This document shows, in pieces, positions 51,007 through 60,668 of a stretch of 64,000 nucleotides of DNA. The notes beneath the pieces were generated by a model. The model ran no database searches. It saw nothing but the letters and a program-made list of their open reading frames with translations, and was not told where the DNA came from. Position 1 is the first letter of the stretch; the number at the start of each line of letters is the position of its first letter. The translations under genes and the position numbers were made by a program. The DNA lies in assembly GCA_963758295.1 (NCBI GenBank), contig CAVWUU010000004.1, positions 736,001-800,000 of the forward strand, written 5' to 3'. The stretch comes from Candidatus Eremiobacteria bacterium. Lineage in GTDB: Bacteria; Vulcanimicrobiota; Vulcanimicrobiia; Vulcanimicrobiales; Vulcanimicrobiaceae.

Positions 51007-51416
51007 TGCGTATCTCGTGCGAAGTTCAGCGAGAGCGAGTTGATGCAATACCGGGTGCCTAACGGACCCGGACCGTCATCGAAAACGTGGCCGAGGTGCG
51101 AGTCGCAACGCTTGCAGCGCACCTCGGTGCGTACCATTCCGTGGGCTCGGTCTTCCAAGAGGCGCACGTTCTGTTGTTCGCTCGGTTGCGTGAAACTGGG
51201 CCACCCGCAGTGCGAGTCGAACTTCGAGTCGGATTTGAACAGTTCGGCGCCACACGCGCCGCACAAATACGTTCCGTCATCGCGCATCTCCAGCAACTCA
51301 CCGGTAAACGGCCGTTCCGTTCCCGCTTCGCGCAAGACATAGTAGCGCTCCGGCCCAAGTTCGGAGCGCCACTCGGCGTTGCTTTTTACAACCTGCGGTT
51401 CAGTATCGTGTTTCAT
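51003..51416 (-). CDS. msrB: Peptide-methionine (R)-S-oxide reductase
   Basis: GTERPFTG, CxxC twice, [21 protein letters not shown]. Confidence 0.96.
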   Translation of the reverse strand: MKHDTEPQVVKSNAEWRSELGPERYYVLREAGTERPFTGELLEMRDDGTYLCGACGAELFKSDSKFDSHCGWPSFTQPSEQQNVRLLEDRAHGMVRTEVRCKRCDSHLGHVFDDGPGPLGTRYCINSLSLNFARDTH

Positions 51417-51536
51417 CTCACTCTTTGAACGCCGCTCAGCGCCAACCGGATGCATTCCGGCAAACGAGCGCAGGCTTCGAAGTTTAGAGCGTGGCTGCTT
51501 GCGGATAAGGTGCAAACATCGTACGACCAACGGAGG

Positions 51537-51890
51537 ATGGCGAGCATCTTGAAAATTCAACGGTTTTTCGCAGCGGCCGTGTTTGCGGCCCTGACCGTAA
51601 CGCTGCCGAGCTATGCCCTCGCGCAGACGGCAACCGACACGTCGAACCCAACCGATACATCGAGCCCGATGACGACCGCAACTCCCGCGCCGGTGGATAC
51701 CAGCGGCGCAACCGCGTCCGCGGTGCCGGCGGATCAAACCGGAACGACGACCGGAACCGGAACGACCAGCACAACGACGACGGACAACTCGGGCGGCGGC
51801 CGCTGGGGCTGGCTGGGATTGATCGGCCTGCTCGGACTTTTCGGCCTGCGCGGGGGTTCTTCGTCGAGCACGACGACGTACAACCGATAA
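51537..51890 (+). CDS. Secreted Thr/Ser-rich protein with WGxxGxxG C-terminal anchor
   Basis: Signal peptide; [24 protein letters not shown]. Confidence 0.85.
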   Translation: MASILKIQRFFAAAVFAALTVTLPSYALAQTATDTSNPTDTSSPMTTATPAPVDTSGATASAVPADQTGTTTGTGTTSTTTTDNSGGGRWGWLGLIGLLGLFGLRGGSSSSTTTYNR

Positions 51891-51899
51891 AAAAATAAT

Positions 51900-51934
51900 G
51901 AAGAACTCCCCGCGTTTTGCGCGGGGAGTTCTTC
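51900..51934. terminator. Bidirectional terminator
   Basis: GAAGAACTCCCCGCG...CGCGGGGAGTTCTTC. Confidence 0.85.
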
Positions 51935-51961
51935 ATTTTATCTATGTGTGCGTTCGCGCTC

Positions 51962-52762
51962 TCAATGTTGTTCGTAGAAGTGCACGTTAGGGAGAGTAAC
52001 CGGATACACCGGTCCCACTTCGACGAAGACTACTTCGTACGAGTAGATCGGAATGTTGTTTGCATCGGTGCCGTAAAACGTCAAGTCTTTTGCGGGTACC
52101 GTGCCGTGTCCGGAATCGCCTCGATACAGCTGGCCCGTGGTGAAGATGCGGACCGGTCCGCTGAAGGGTCCGAACTGGTTCGCATTTACCGTAACGCCCC
52201 AGATATCGAACATCGTCTTGAGGGTGTACATCGTGGCGGTAATAGGAAGGTTCTGCGGGTTAGGATCTTCGACGTGAATGAGTCCGCTCGCGTCGTGGCT
52301 GTGAATGTGATAGAAGCACGTCGCGTAGTTGACGAATCCGCGGCTATCTGCCGCATGCGGGTCCTTCATGCCGATCGCCGCCGGCGTCGCGACTTGCTTT
52401 CCGTTTACGAAAATGCCCAGGTAGAAATGAACGTGGTAGTTATTCGACATGGTGGGATCGCAGGAAACGCCGTCGACGGTCTGCCCTTGACCGCCGTTGC
52501 TCGAATCGCCGCGATTTGGATTGAATTGATCGGCCTCGCCGATCACTCCACCGGGCGTTGTAACCAAGGTTTGAGATGAAGCCCCGGGTGGAGCGGGTGT
52601 TGGAGTGGGAGGCGCAGCAGTGCCCGGAGTCGCAGGGCCGCCGGGTTGGTTGGGAACGACGCCGGGAGACGAATTTCCGGCTCCGCCGCCGCCTCCGCAA
52701 CCCGAAAGCAACGCGACTGCCGCGAATACTGCCAGCGCGAACTGCGGCAAGTATCGCTTCAT
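51962..52762 (-). CDS. Lipoprotein with His-rich domain
   Basis: Lipobox LSGC, Pro-rich linker, YHVHFYL and CFYHIHSHDASGLIHVE. Confidence 0.82.
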   Translation of the reverse strand: MKRYLPQFALAVFAAVALLSGCGGGGGAGNSSPGVVPNQPGGPATPGTAAPPTPTPAPPGASSQTLVTTPGGVIGEADQFNPNRGDSSNGGQGQTVDGVSCDPTMSNNYHVHFYLGIFVNGKQVATPAAIGMKDPHAADSRGFVNYATCFYHIHSHDASGLIHVEDPNPQNLPITATMYTLKTMFDIWGVTVNANQFGPFSGPVRIFTTGQLYRGDSGHGTVPAKDLTFYGTDANNIPIYSYEVVFVEVGPVYPVTLPNVHFYEQH

Positions 52763-52930
52763 GCCCCGTATCGTGACGAATCGTTCGAGAGCGCCGAAAG
52801 GCCCGCGCGGGCAGCTTCGTTGGGGCTTTAGTCGCAAAGCTCGGGCTTTTAGGCTCGAAGAAAAACCGTGCGGCCGCCCTGGACTTCAAAACATAAACCG
52901 CACGGCTAATCGCCATGCGGCCTTTCAAAC

Positions 52931-53005
52931 TGGAGCCGTTGACGGGGATTGAACCCGTGACCTCATCATTACCAATGATGTGCTCTACCACTGAGCTACA
53001 ACGGC
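52931..53005 (-). tRNA. tRNA-Thr(GGT)
   Basis: 75-nt cloverleaf, loop TTGGTAA, CCA end. Confidence 0.97.
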
Positions 53006-53210
53006 AATTTCCGGCGCTTTACGTACTCCAGAGCACAGAACTCCCCCTACCGGCCGGGGTGCTTTTGTTTAGTCGAAACCGCTGCGCAAAACGAGTGCCG
53101 CGATTGACCGTTGCGGTGGACGTGCACACGCCACGCAGCAATCAGATCGTAACCGTGATTTTCGCCATTAAGCCGGCGTACGAAACGGAATTGCCAACTG
53201 GGTGGCACAA

Positions 53211-53284
53211 TGGAGCGGGCGGCGGGAATCGAACCCGCGCTGTCTGCTTGGAAGGCAGAAGCACTACCACTATGCAACGCCCGC
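53211..53284 (-). tRNA. tRNA-Gly(TCC)
   Basis: 74-nt cloverleaf, loop CTTCCAA, CCA end. Confidence 0.97.
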
Positions 53285-53292
53285 ATAGAAAC

Positions 53293-53380
53293 TGGTGGGC
53301 AGGGCTGGATTCGAACCAGCGTAGCGCGTTAGCGCGCCAGATTTACAGTCTGGTGCCATTAACCACTCGGCCACCTACCC
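53293..53380 (-). tRNA. tRNA-Tyr(GTA)
   Basis: 88-nt cloverleaf with long variable arm, loop CTGTAAA, CCA end. Confidence 0.97.
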
Positions 53381-53433
53381 ACGCGTCACGGCACCACGGT
53401 ACGATACCACGGGCCCGGAGTCCTCGCAAGGCC

Positions 53434-53880
53434 TTAAGCCGTGAGCGGCGCGTTGTATTTGTAGAAGTGTCCTTCACGCGTCCAGCCGGCCTTTTCGTAG
53501 ACCGCTTGCGCCGTGAAATTGTCAATCGCCGTTTCGAGAAACATGCCGGTCGCATGAGTTTCGCGCGCCAATGCAATTGCCGCGTTCAGCAGCATTGTCG
53601 CCGCTCCGGTTCGCCTCGCAGACGGTGCAACGAAAAGGTCTTCGAGAATCAAGGCCTTGCCGAGATGCACCAAACTGTACGTCGGAAAGAGCTGCATGAA
53701 GGCAATGGGGTTTGCGTCCTGTGTCGCAACGTAGACGACGCTGCTCCCATTCTGAAGGTGCTCCTGCATAAATTGCCGCTCCGCTTCAGGATCGGAGTCC
53801 TGTTTGTAAAATCGGCGATAACCCCACACGAGGGGCAATAAGCCCTCGAGATCGTCCAGGTCCGCTTTGCGAATCTCCAT
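53434..53880 (-). CDS. GNAT-family N-acetyltransferase
   Basis: LEDLFVAPSARRTG, N..AQAVYEKAGW. Confidence 0.9.
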   Translation of the reverse strand: MEIRKADLDDLEGLLPLVWGYRRFYKQDSDPEAERQFMQEHLQNGSSVVYVATQDANPIAFMQLFPTYSLVHLGKALILEDLFVAPSARRTGAATMLLNAAIALARETHATGMFLETAIDNFTAQAVYEKAGWTREGHFYKYNAPLTA

Positions 53881-53916
53881 ATTGCGTAAGTACTTCTTCA
53901 AACCTTAAAAATACTA

Positions 53917-53947
53917 CGCCCCGCCGTTCGAACGAAGCGGCGGGGCG
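53917..53947 (-). terminator. Terminator after the TonB-dependent receptor
   Basis: CGCCCCGCCG...CGGCGGGGCG stem with U-rich tail. Confidence 0.7.
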
Positions 53948-53969
53948 CATGACGTTCGTTCCGGAAACC

Positions 53970-56900
53970 TTACATCCGAATCTTCACGTTGAAATAGACC
54001 GAGAATGGGTTAAGCGTTGAACTCGTGGCGTCGTTGTACGTGCCGAAAACCGGTTCGTACGGATACTGAAGGAAGGTCTGCACGTTGTCGCCGGGGTTGT
54101 ACACGTTGCCCGTCGGGTTCACCAGCTCCTGACCCACCGGTCCGTAACTGCACACGTTCTTGCTCCAGTAATACGTGAATCTGGTTTGCTGGCCGCCAAA
54201 GCACGTGCTCAGCAGATTTGCGAACGTGACATTCGCCGACACGCGCGGGCTGAAGTCGTACGAGATACGCAAGTGTCCGAGCAGTTGAGCCGGCTGCCGG
54301 AAGGCCCCGATGGCATCGAATTGCCCCGTGTACGGATCGGGGATAGAGGAGAGTTGTGCGGTGCACGAAGTCGCATCATACGGCGAGCCTCCGGCCGCAC
54401 CGTATGGATAGCGCGGGTCGGCGGTCGTCGAACTTGCCAACCCGGCGGTGCACGACGTCGGATCGATGCCGGGCGTGGTTTCCGGTGCGCCGTAGCGATT
54501 GCCGGCCACGTATTGGAAGGACGGCGAGATTGCGAGCTTGTGTCGTTTGTACTGCAAAATCAACGTCGCAACATACGGATACGTGTACGCATTAACACCG
54601 CTCCCTACGCCGCCGGGGATTGTCGAATAAGGAAGATAGCTGGCGTTCGGATCGAGCAAGTACTGCCCGGTTCCCTTCCAGTATGGATTTGCAATCGAGC
54701 CGGCAGCGCAGGTTGCATCGGCGGTGCCGCTTGTCGTATAGCACGGTGAAGCCGGCTGGCCGTTTGCCGTCGCTCCGCACATTGCTTGCCCGAACTGCGT
54801 CTTTCCAGCTAACGCGCCTCCCGGCGCGCAGTCCTTCGTAAACGCATTATAGTTCGCGATATCGGCGTTGATGGGGCTTAAGATCGTCGTACCGTTCCCG
54901 AGATTGCTGAACTTCAGATCAGCGTAGGTATACGCAAAGCCGACTTGTGCAGCGAACCCGTCGCGATCGAAGCTACCCTTCGTGAAGGCGAATTCGAATC
55001 CGCGCGACGTTTGCTGTCCGGCGTTCAGACCGGAGACGAAGCCCTGTTTGATGTTCAGATAGAAGTTTTCGATTTGATCGTGGGTCTGCCGGAAGAACGG
55101 CGTAAGCTTCATCGACATGTCGGTGCCTTTGAAGTGATGCTCGAGCGAAAGATCGGCGTTATACGAAACCGGAGGTCGCACTTCATGGCCCGGGGTACGG
55201 AAGTTCAGCGAATAGAACTGTGCCAGCTGATCGGGCAGATTTTGATTGAGCGCATCGTATTGCTCGTAAGCGGCCGACGGCTGCTCGATGTACTTGCCGA
55301 AGCTCGCACGTACCACGGTATCCGGGCTCACCGTATAAGTCGTTCCGATGCGAGGCTGGAAGATATTGTACGTAAACGTCTGGCTCGCAATGTTATTCAG
55401 CTGCGCGTTAACGTATTGCGGCCCCGCGGACGCACAAGGATTGGTAATCGGAATCGAAGACCCGTCCGCAAGCAGCGTCTTATCGTACAGCGTCAGATTC
55501 TGCGAGTCGTAACACGTGTCGTTATTGAACGCGTTGAACCAGAAGGCACGCGCGGGAGATCCCGTCGTATTATCGCCAATGTATTTATACTGATCTAACC
55601 GAACGCCGAGGTTGATCAAAAACTTTTCACTTGGACGCCATTCGTCCGTAAGCGAATAGCCGGTAAACACCGGCTTCACGGTATTGTACTTACCGGAAAG
55701 CCCATTCTCCACCGTGTAGAGCGCGCACGGACCCGAGCCGCACGTATAGGTAGATAGCACCGACGACGTAAGCGGATTGCCGTTGGCATCCGCAATCGTC
55801 GGCGTCCCGGCCGTCTGCGTTGCCGCATACGTGCCGGCGAGCGACGCGAAAGTTGCGGCGGTTCCAATGCCAACGGTGTTTCCGGTACCGCAGGTAGTTG
55901 CTGCGGCCGGGCCGCCGGCGCCACCGAGCGCATAGCACGTGCCGCTCGTGAGATCGTTCGGGTTGACGACGACGGCAAAGCTATCCGCCGTATCGTAGAC
56001 TTGATCGCTGTTCATACGCAGCGACGTCGCCGTGACGTACGAGGCTGCGGCTTGTACGAGATGCTTGGAACCAAACTGCTTCGTGAAGTTGGCGCTAACG
56101 CCGCGAGTGTGCGAGTTCAACTCATAGTCACCGGAATCGTAGCCGGTGATGGGTTGCCATGAAGAAACGGCGCCGGCAGCATTATAATCGGAGTAGTACG
56201 TGTAGCCGTATACTCGAAGGAACGAGTCGCTGCTGAAGGCGTGCTGGTATTGGAGCTTCGCTATCGCCTGATTGTTATATTGTAAATCGCGCGTATTCAA
56301 CGGCAACGACGCCCCGAAGTCGCGATTCTGCGGCGATGACGGGAAGAAATACGGCACGACTTGCGACGCGCTCGCATCGGTCATGAAGGCTCCGAGTGCG
56401 CCGTTGTACTGGTAGCTATCGACGTACGACGGCGTCCCGTATTGTAAATTGTAGAGGCCTTCGTCCAGGGCCGAAATGTACAGCGGCGTCTGGATGGAGT
56501 CGTTGTCGTAGAGCAGTTGGACGTCATCGTGCAGGCCGCTGTTCTTATGCGGGATGGCAATGTGAAAATTGAAGACCGCAGTCCGCTCGAGAATGCTCTT
56601 CGGATTGTTGCCGAAGGCCGGCGGCCCAAGGACGTATCCGGCCGCGCCGGCTTGGCTCACGTTCGGAACGCCGTTGGTAAAGCACGATGGCGGAGCGGGC
56701 GTCCCAAGGGGCTGTGCGCAGTAGTCTACGGGCGGCCCAAACTCGTTTGCAAGACCGGCACCGTCGAATTGATCGATGTAGCGATGTTCTTGATTGAAGC
56801 CACCGATGCCGACGTAGTAGCTGAAGCGCCGGTCCGGCGTCGCGCCGCCGGCTTCGAATTGGAGACTGTGATAGTACGTCGGCGCGCCGACCGTTCCATC

Positions 56901-57680
56901 GAACGAAGCGTACCCCGGCGAGGTGCCGGTCTTAATGACTTGGTTGATGAAGCCGGCGAGACCCTGCGCTTCCGCGTCGGCCGGCGCAGCGCCGGTATAG
57001 ACTTGCAATTCCACTTGGCCGAGCGACGATGCCGAACCCGACGGATAATTGTCGAACGCGCGGTTGACCGGAATACCGTCGAACTCGTATCCGACTTCGC
57101 TCGAATCACCGCCGCGAACGTGAACGGCCTGATTGTATCCGTTCTGATTCGACGGCACGTAAGCGCCGGGAACCGAGGCGATAGCGGAATACGCGCTATT
57201 TAGATTTCCGCCGCCGCCCAGGACGTTCGTGCGTTCTTGTTGCGCGGCGTTCACGGAGTAAAGATCCGCCGTCGTGCCCGAGCGCACCAGATCGCCGGCG
57301 CTGTGCGAGGTGACCGTTGCAATCGTCTTAAGCGATTTGCGCATGGTTATCGGAACGATTTGCGAAGCGTCCGCAAATACGGCAATGCCCGAAAGCGCAA
57401 GGTTGTCGAAGCCGTTCTTTTGGACAGCAATAGTGTACTCGTCGGGCGGGAGCGAGACGAAGGCGTAATGTCCGCCCGCATCCGTCGTTACCGTAACCGT
57501 TTCCGAGGGACTTGTCGCCGTGACCGCGGCGCCCGCAATCGGCGCACGCGACTCGTCGGTAACGACGCCACTTATGGTTCCCGTCGTTCCCGCTAGAGTC
57601 AATGCCGGGACGGCAGTTAGGACAAACGCACAGGTCAGGACCGTGGTGAGGATCTTCCGAAGGGATCGCCAGGATAACAT
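53970..57680 (-). CDS. TonB-dependent outer-membrane receptor with carboxypeptidase-regulatory-like N-domain
   Basis: Signal peptide, GTISGVVTD, VRGG...YEFDGIPVN plug, INLGVRLD, QPRIG barrel strands. Confidence 0.88.
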   Translation of the reverse strand: MLSWRSLRKILTTVLTCAFVLTAVPALTLAGTTGTISGVVTDESRAPIAGAAVTATSPSETVTVTTDAGGHYAFVSLPPDEYTIAVQKNGFDNLALSGIAVFADASQIVPITMRKSLKTIATVTSHSAGDLVRSGTTADLYSVNAAQQERTNVLGGGGNLNSAYSAIASVPGAYVPSNQNGYNQAVHVRGGDSSEVGYEFDGIPVNRAFDNYPSGSASSLGQVELQVYTGAAPADAEAQGLAGFINQVIKTGTSPGYASFDGTVGAPTYYHSLQFEAGGATPDRRFSYYVGIGGFNQEHRYIDQFDGAGLANEFGPPVDYCAQPLGTPAPPSCFTNGVPNVSQAGAAGYVLGPPAFGNNPKSILERTAVFNFHIAIPHKNSGLHDDVQLLYDNDSIQTPLYISALDEGLYNLQYGTPSYVDSYQYNGALGAFMTDASASQVVPYFFPSSPQNRDFGASLPLNTRDLQYNNQAIAKLQYQHAFSSDSFLRVYGYTYYSDYNAAGAVSSWQPITGYDSGDYELNSHTRGVSANFTKQFGSKHLVQAAASYVTATSLRMNSDQVYDTADSFAVVVNPNDLTSGTCYALGGAGGPAAATTCGTGNTVGIGTAATFASLAGTYAATQTAGTPTIADANGNPLTSSVLSTYTCGSGPCALYTVENGLSGKYNTVKPVFTGYSLTDEWRPSEKFLINLGVRLDQYKYIGDNTTGSPARAFWFNAFNNDTCYDSQNLTLYDKTLLADGSSIPITNPCASAGPQYVNAQLNNIASQTFTYNIFQPRIGTTYTVSPDTVVRASFGKYIEQPSAAYEQYDALNQNLPDQLAQFYSLNFRTPGHEVRPPVSYNADLSLEHHFKGTDMSMKLTPFFRQTHDQIENFYLNIKQGFVSGLNAGQQTSRGFEFAFTKGSFDRDGFAAQVGFAYTYADLKFSNLGNGTTILSPINADIANYNAFTKDCAPGGALAGKTQFGQAMCGATANGQPASPCYTTSGTADATCAAGSIANPYWKGTGQYLLDPNASYLPYSTIPGGVGSGVNAYTYPYVATLILQYKRHKLAISPSFQYVAGNRYGAPETTPGIDPTSCTAGLASSTTADPRYPYGAAGGSPYDATSCTAQLSSIPDPYTGQFDAIGAFRQPAQLLGHLRISYDFSPRVSANVTFANLLSTCFGGQQTRFTYYWSKNVCSYGPVGQELVNPTGNVYNPGDNVQTFLQYPYEPVFGTYNDATSSTLNPFSVYFNVKIRM

Positions 57681-60640
57681 TAGCGGTGCTCCTCTAGGAA
57701 TGCATTGTACATCGCCAGCGCTCGTTCGAACTCCGTTCGCACGGCTTCGGCTTCACGGTAGTGTGGCGGCAGAGGCGGCCCCTGCGAAAGCCCAACGGTT
57801 CCGGCGAGAATCGTAAGCCTTTCGCGCAGGCGGTCGGGCACGAGTTGATCGTCTTCCGAGTTTCGAATGCCCGAGGTAAATGCGTGACGGACGCGCTCCA
57901 CGGCGGCAAGTTTTTCGCCGGTTGCGTGCACGCGAAGCGCATCGAGATGGTTGAGCGCGATGTCGATTTGATTCAGTTCGCCGTAGAGCTCCCGGATAAA
58001 CTCATAGCGGGAGACGTACTGCGCTTGCGTCCAATGCGCTCGCGGGTCCGGATGAATTTCGAGCGGCTGCGTCAGCACGTCCGGACCCGCTCGTAAACGC
58101 ACGCTGTATTTTCCAGGCACGGCGGCCGGTCCGTCCGAGGGCCCCTGATTCCAATCGCCGGTATCGTGCCATGGGACCGGCGGCGCATAAGCTAGATTCC
58201 AGGTGACCCGATTGAGACCGGGGTCGTTCGGTCCCGTGAAATGGCGCACGACCGACCCTTTTTCGTCTAGAATCTCGATGACCGGCGCAATCGTGGCTTT
58301 TGACGGAAGATAGTACGAAATAGCCGCCCCGTACGGTGGATCGAATGCGGCAAATTCGCCCGCGGGTGCGCAGCATTCGGTATCCCACGTTCCGTAAGAA
58401 CTCTTCCACCAGTAATACCACGCGTAGGTAGCCGGTGGCTGGAATAACATGGGCGCACGCGACTGCTCGGCCGCGGCAAGCTCTTCGATGGGCGTCAAAT
58501 CGTCGAAGACGTAAACGCCGCGTCCATGCGTGCCGGCGACGAGCGCCCGCGCTTGCGGTTGAACGCGCAGGTCGTGGACCGAAACGGCCGGCATATTGAG
58601 CTGCATCGGCCGCCAATGCGTGCCGCGATCGATACTGTACCACACTCCGCGTTCCAAGCCGGCATAAAGGACGTCGGCATTTTGCGGATCCTCGCGCACG
58701 GTGCGCGCGATGTCGCGTTTCGGTAATCCGTTCACGATGGCATACCAGCTTCTTCCCGCGTCGTTCGTCTCGATCACGTATGGCCGGCGATCTCCCATTA
58801 AGTGCCGGTCGACGACCGCATAGGCACGATCGACGGAAACGCGCGAAGGTTCGACTGTTTCGACGCGTCCCCACGGCGCTATCCACGACGGCGTAACGTT
58901 CGACCAGTGTACGCCGTGATCGACCGTTCGCTGAATCAATCCGTCATCGGTTCCCACCCACAGCACGTTTGCATCGACCGGCGAGGGAGCGATATCCAAA
59001 AGCGTATCGTAGAATTCGGCGCCCGAAATATCGGTGTTTATCGCCCCGCCCGAGAGCTGCTGCTTACTCGGGTCGTTGCGCGTGAGGTCGGGGCTTATCT
59101 CGGTCCACGTGCGGCCGCGATCCCGGGTTTCGAAAACGACGTTTCCGCCGAAGTATGCGACGCCCGGTTCCTTTGGCGAGAACGCAACCGGAGCTTCCCA
59201 ATTGAAGCGGTGCTTGAGCCCGGCAAGCGCGCGTCCGTTCGTATCGGTAACCTCGGGTGAAATATCGAGATTCTGCCGCGATGCGTAATCGTAAATGCCA
59301 AGCTGCCCGTTGAGCTCGTTGACGCCGACGTTCCAAACCGCTTGCGGATTGCCCGGTTCGGGCACGGCCCACACGCCGTCGGAGTCATTCGCTACGTCGC
59401 GCCAATCGGCGTTAAGCAATCCGAGCGGGCTCAAGCTCAGGTTCGGGGCGCAAAACGAATCGTCGTCCTGCATTGCAGCGCACACGTGAAACGGATTTTG
59501 CTCGTCGTAACCCACGTGATAAACCTGTGCGAGCGTTACGTTGAATCGCCAATCCCACGTTCGTCCGCCGTCGTTGGAGATCGGCGCCCCGCCGTCGTCC
59601 GCCTCGATGACTCGCCGGCCGTCGCGCGAGATCCACAAGCCGTGATGATCTTGATGCACGGCGTCGGTGATGTCGTGAAACGTCTTGCCGCCGTCGCGCG
59701 TCTCAATCAAGTTTTCGGATGAAAGAAAAACGTGATCGCGATTGGCGGGATCGACTTCCAAGCGGCTCATGTAGAACGGGCGCTGGTCGATCAACGTGTC
59801 GCGCGACATCAGCCGCCAGCGTTGGCCGCCATCGTCGGAACGCCAGAGCAGGCCGGCTTTCGACTGTATCAACGCGTAGACGCGATTCGGGTCGCCCGGC
59901 GCAACTGCAACACCGATTCTTCCCATAAGGCCTTGCGGTAAGCCGCGTCCTGAAAGGTGCTTCCATGTGGCTCCGCCGTCGTTAGATTTATAAAGGCCGT
60001 CTTCGGGGCCGCCGCTCGCGAACGTCCAAGGCTTACGCCGGAATTGCCATGCGCCGGCGAATACCGTCCGGCCGTCGCGCGTCGCAGCAAGATCGGAAAT
60101 GCCGCTTTGGGGTCCAACGTACAGCGTCCGTTTCCAATGCGCGCCGCCATCGGTCGTGCGATAGACGCCCCGATCGCTCGAATCGGCGAACGGATCGCCG
60201 AGCGCGCCTACAAGCGCGACGTTTGGGTTCTGCGGATCGACCGTAATGCGCGAGATGGCGTAGGTGTTTTCGAGCCCGGCATTCCGCCAGTGCGCGCCGC
60301 CGTCGCGCGAAATCCAAACGCCGTCACCGTAAGAAGCGTCGTTTCGCGGATTCGATTCACCGGTTCCCACCCACACGACGTTTCGATTCGACTTTGAGAC
60401 CGCGAGCGCACCGATGGCGCCCACAGATGACTGCGGCCACACGTCATTCCACGTGAGGCCGCCATTGGTCGTTTTGAACACTCCGCCACCGGCGGAGCCG
60501 AAATAATAGAGGAGCGAATCGCCGTCGCTGCCGCCCACCGCCGTGACGCGTCCTCCAGCCCCGGCGGGTCCAATCGCCCGCCAAGGTGGTGTCGCCGCGG
60601 ATCCTCGCGCGCTGCAGGCGGCTCCAACGATCGCCGCCAC
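57680..60640 (-). CDS. BNR/Asp-box (VPS10/sortilin-like) beta-propeller glycosyl hydrolase-like protein
   Basis: WRAIGP..GGR, repeated S/T.DGG..W Asp boxes, ISPDLTRND, GTHGRG; start uncertain. Confidence 0.88.
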   Translation of the reverse strand: MAAIVGAACSARGSAATPPWRAIGPAGAGGRVTAVGGSDGDSLLYYFGSAGGGVFKTTNGGLTWNDVWPQSSVGAIGALAVSKSNRNVVWVGTGESNPRNDASYGDGVWISRDGGAHWRNAGLENTYAISRITVDPQNPNVALVGALGDPFADSSDRGVYRTTDGGAHWKRTLYVGPQSGISDLAATRDGRTVFAGAWQFRRKPWTFASGGPEDGLYKSNDGGATWKHLSGRGLPQGLMGRIGVAVAPGDPNRVYALIQSKAGLLWRSDDGGQRWRLMSRDTLIDQRPFYMSRLEVDPANRDHVFLSSENLIETRDGGKTFHDITDAVHQDHHGLWISRDGRRVIEADDGGAPISNDGGRTWDWRFNVTLAQVYHVGYDEQNPFHVCAAMQDDDSFCAPNLSLSPLGLLNADWRDVANDSDGVWAVPEPGNPQAVWNVGVNELNGQLGIYDYASRQNLDISPEVTDTNGRALAGLKHRFNWEAPVAFSPKEPGVAYFGGNVVFETRDRGRTWTEISPDLTRNDPSKQQLSGGAINTDISGAEFYDTLLDIAPSPVDANVLWVGTDDGLIQRTVDHGVHWSNVTPSWIAPWGRVETVEPSRVSVDRAYAVVDRHLMGDRRPYVIETNDAGRSWYAIVNGLPKRDIARTVREDPQNADVLYAGLERGVWYSIDRGTHWRPMQLNMPAVSVHDLRVQPQARALVAGTHGRGVYVFDDLTPIEELAAAEQSRAPMLFQPPATYAWYYWWKSSYGTWDTECCAPAGEFAAFDPPYGAAISYYLPSKATIAPVIEILDEKGSVVRHFTGPNDPGLNRVTWNLAYAPPVPWHDTGDWNQGPSDGPAAVPGKYSVRLRAGPDVLTQPLEIHPDPRAHWTQAQYVSRYEFIRELYGELNQIDIALNHLDALRVHATGEKLAAVERVRHAFTSGIRNSEDDQLVPDRLRERLTILAGTVGLSQGPPLPPHYREAEAVRTEFERALAMYNAFLEEHR

Positions 60641-60668
60641 CGCGACCCATCGTTTTAAGATGATCGCG

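Noticed and set aside
51003..51416. Selenoprotein MsrB
   Set aside because: The catalytic residue is a normal Cys codon (RYCINS) with no in-frame TGA
30923..52930. Integrative element or prophage at tRNA-Thr or tRNA-Arg
   Set aside because: No integrase, transposase or phage gene, and I found no long duplicated tRNA 3' end bounding the block
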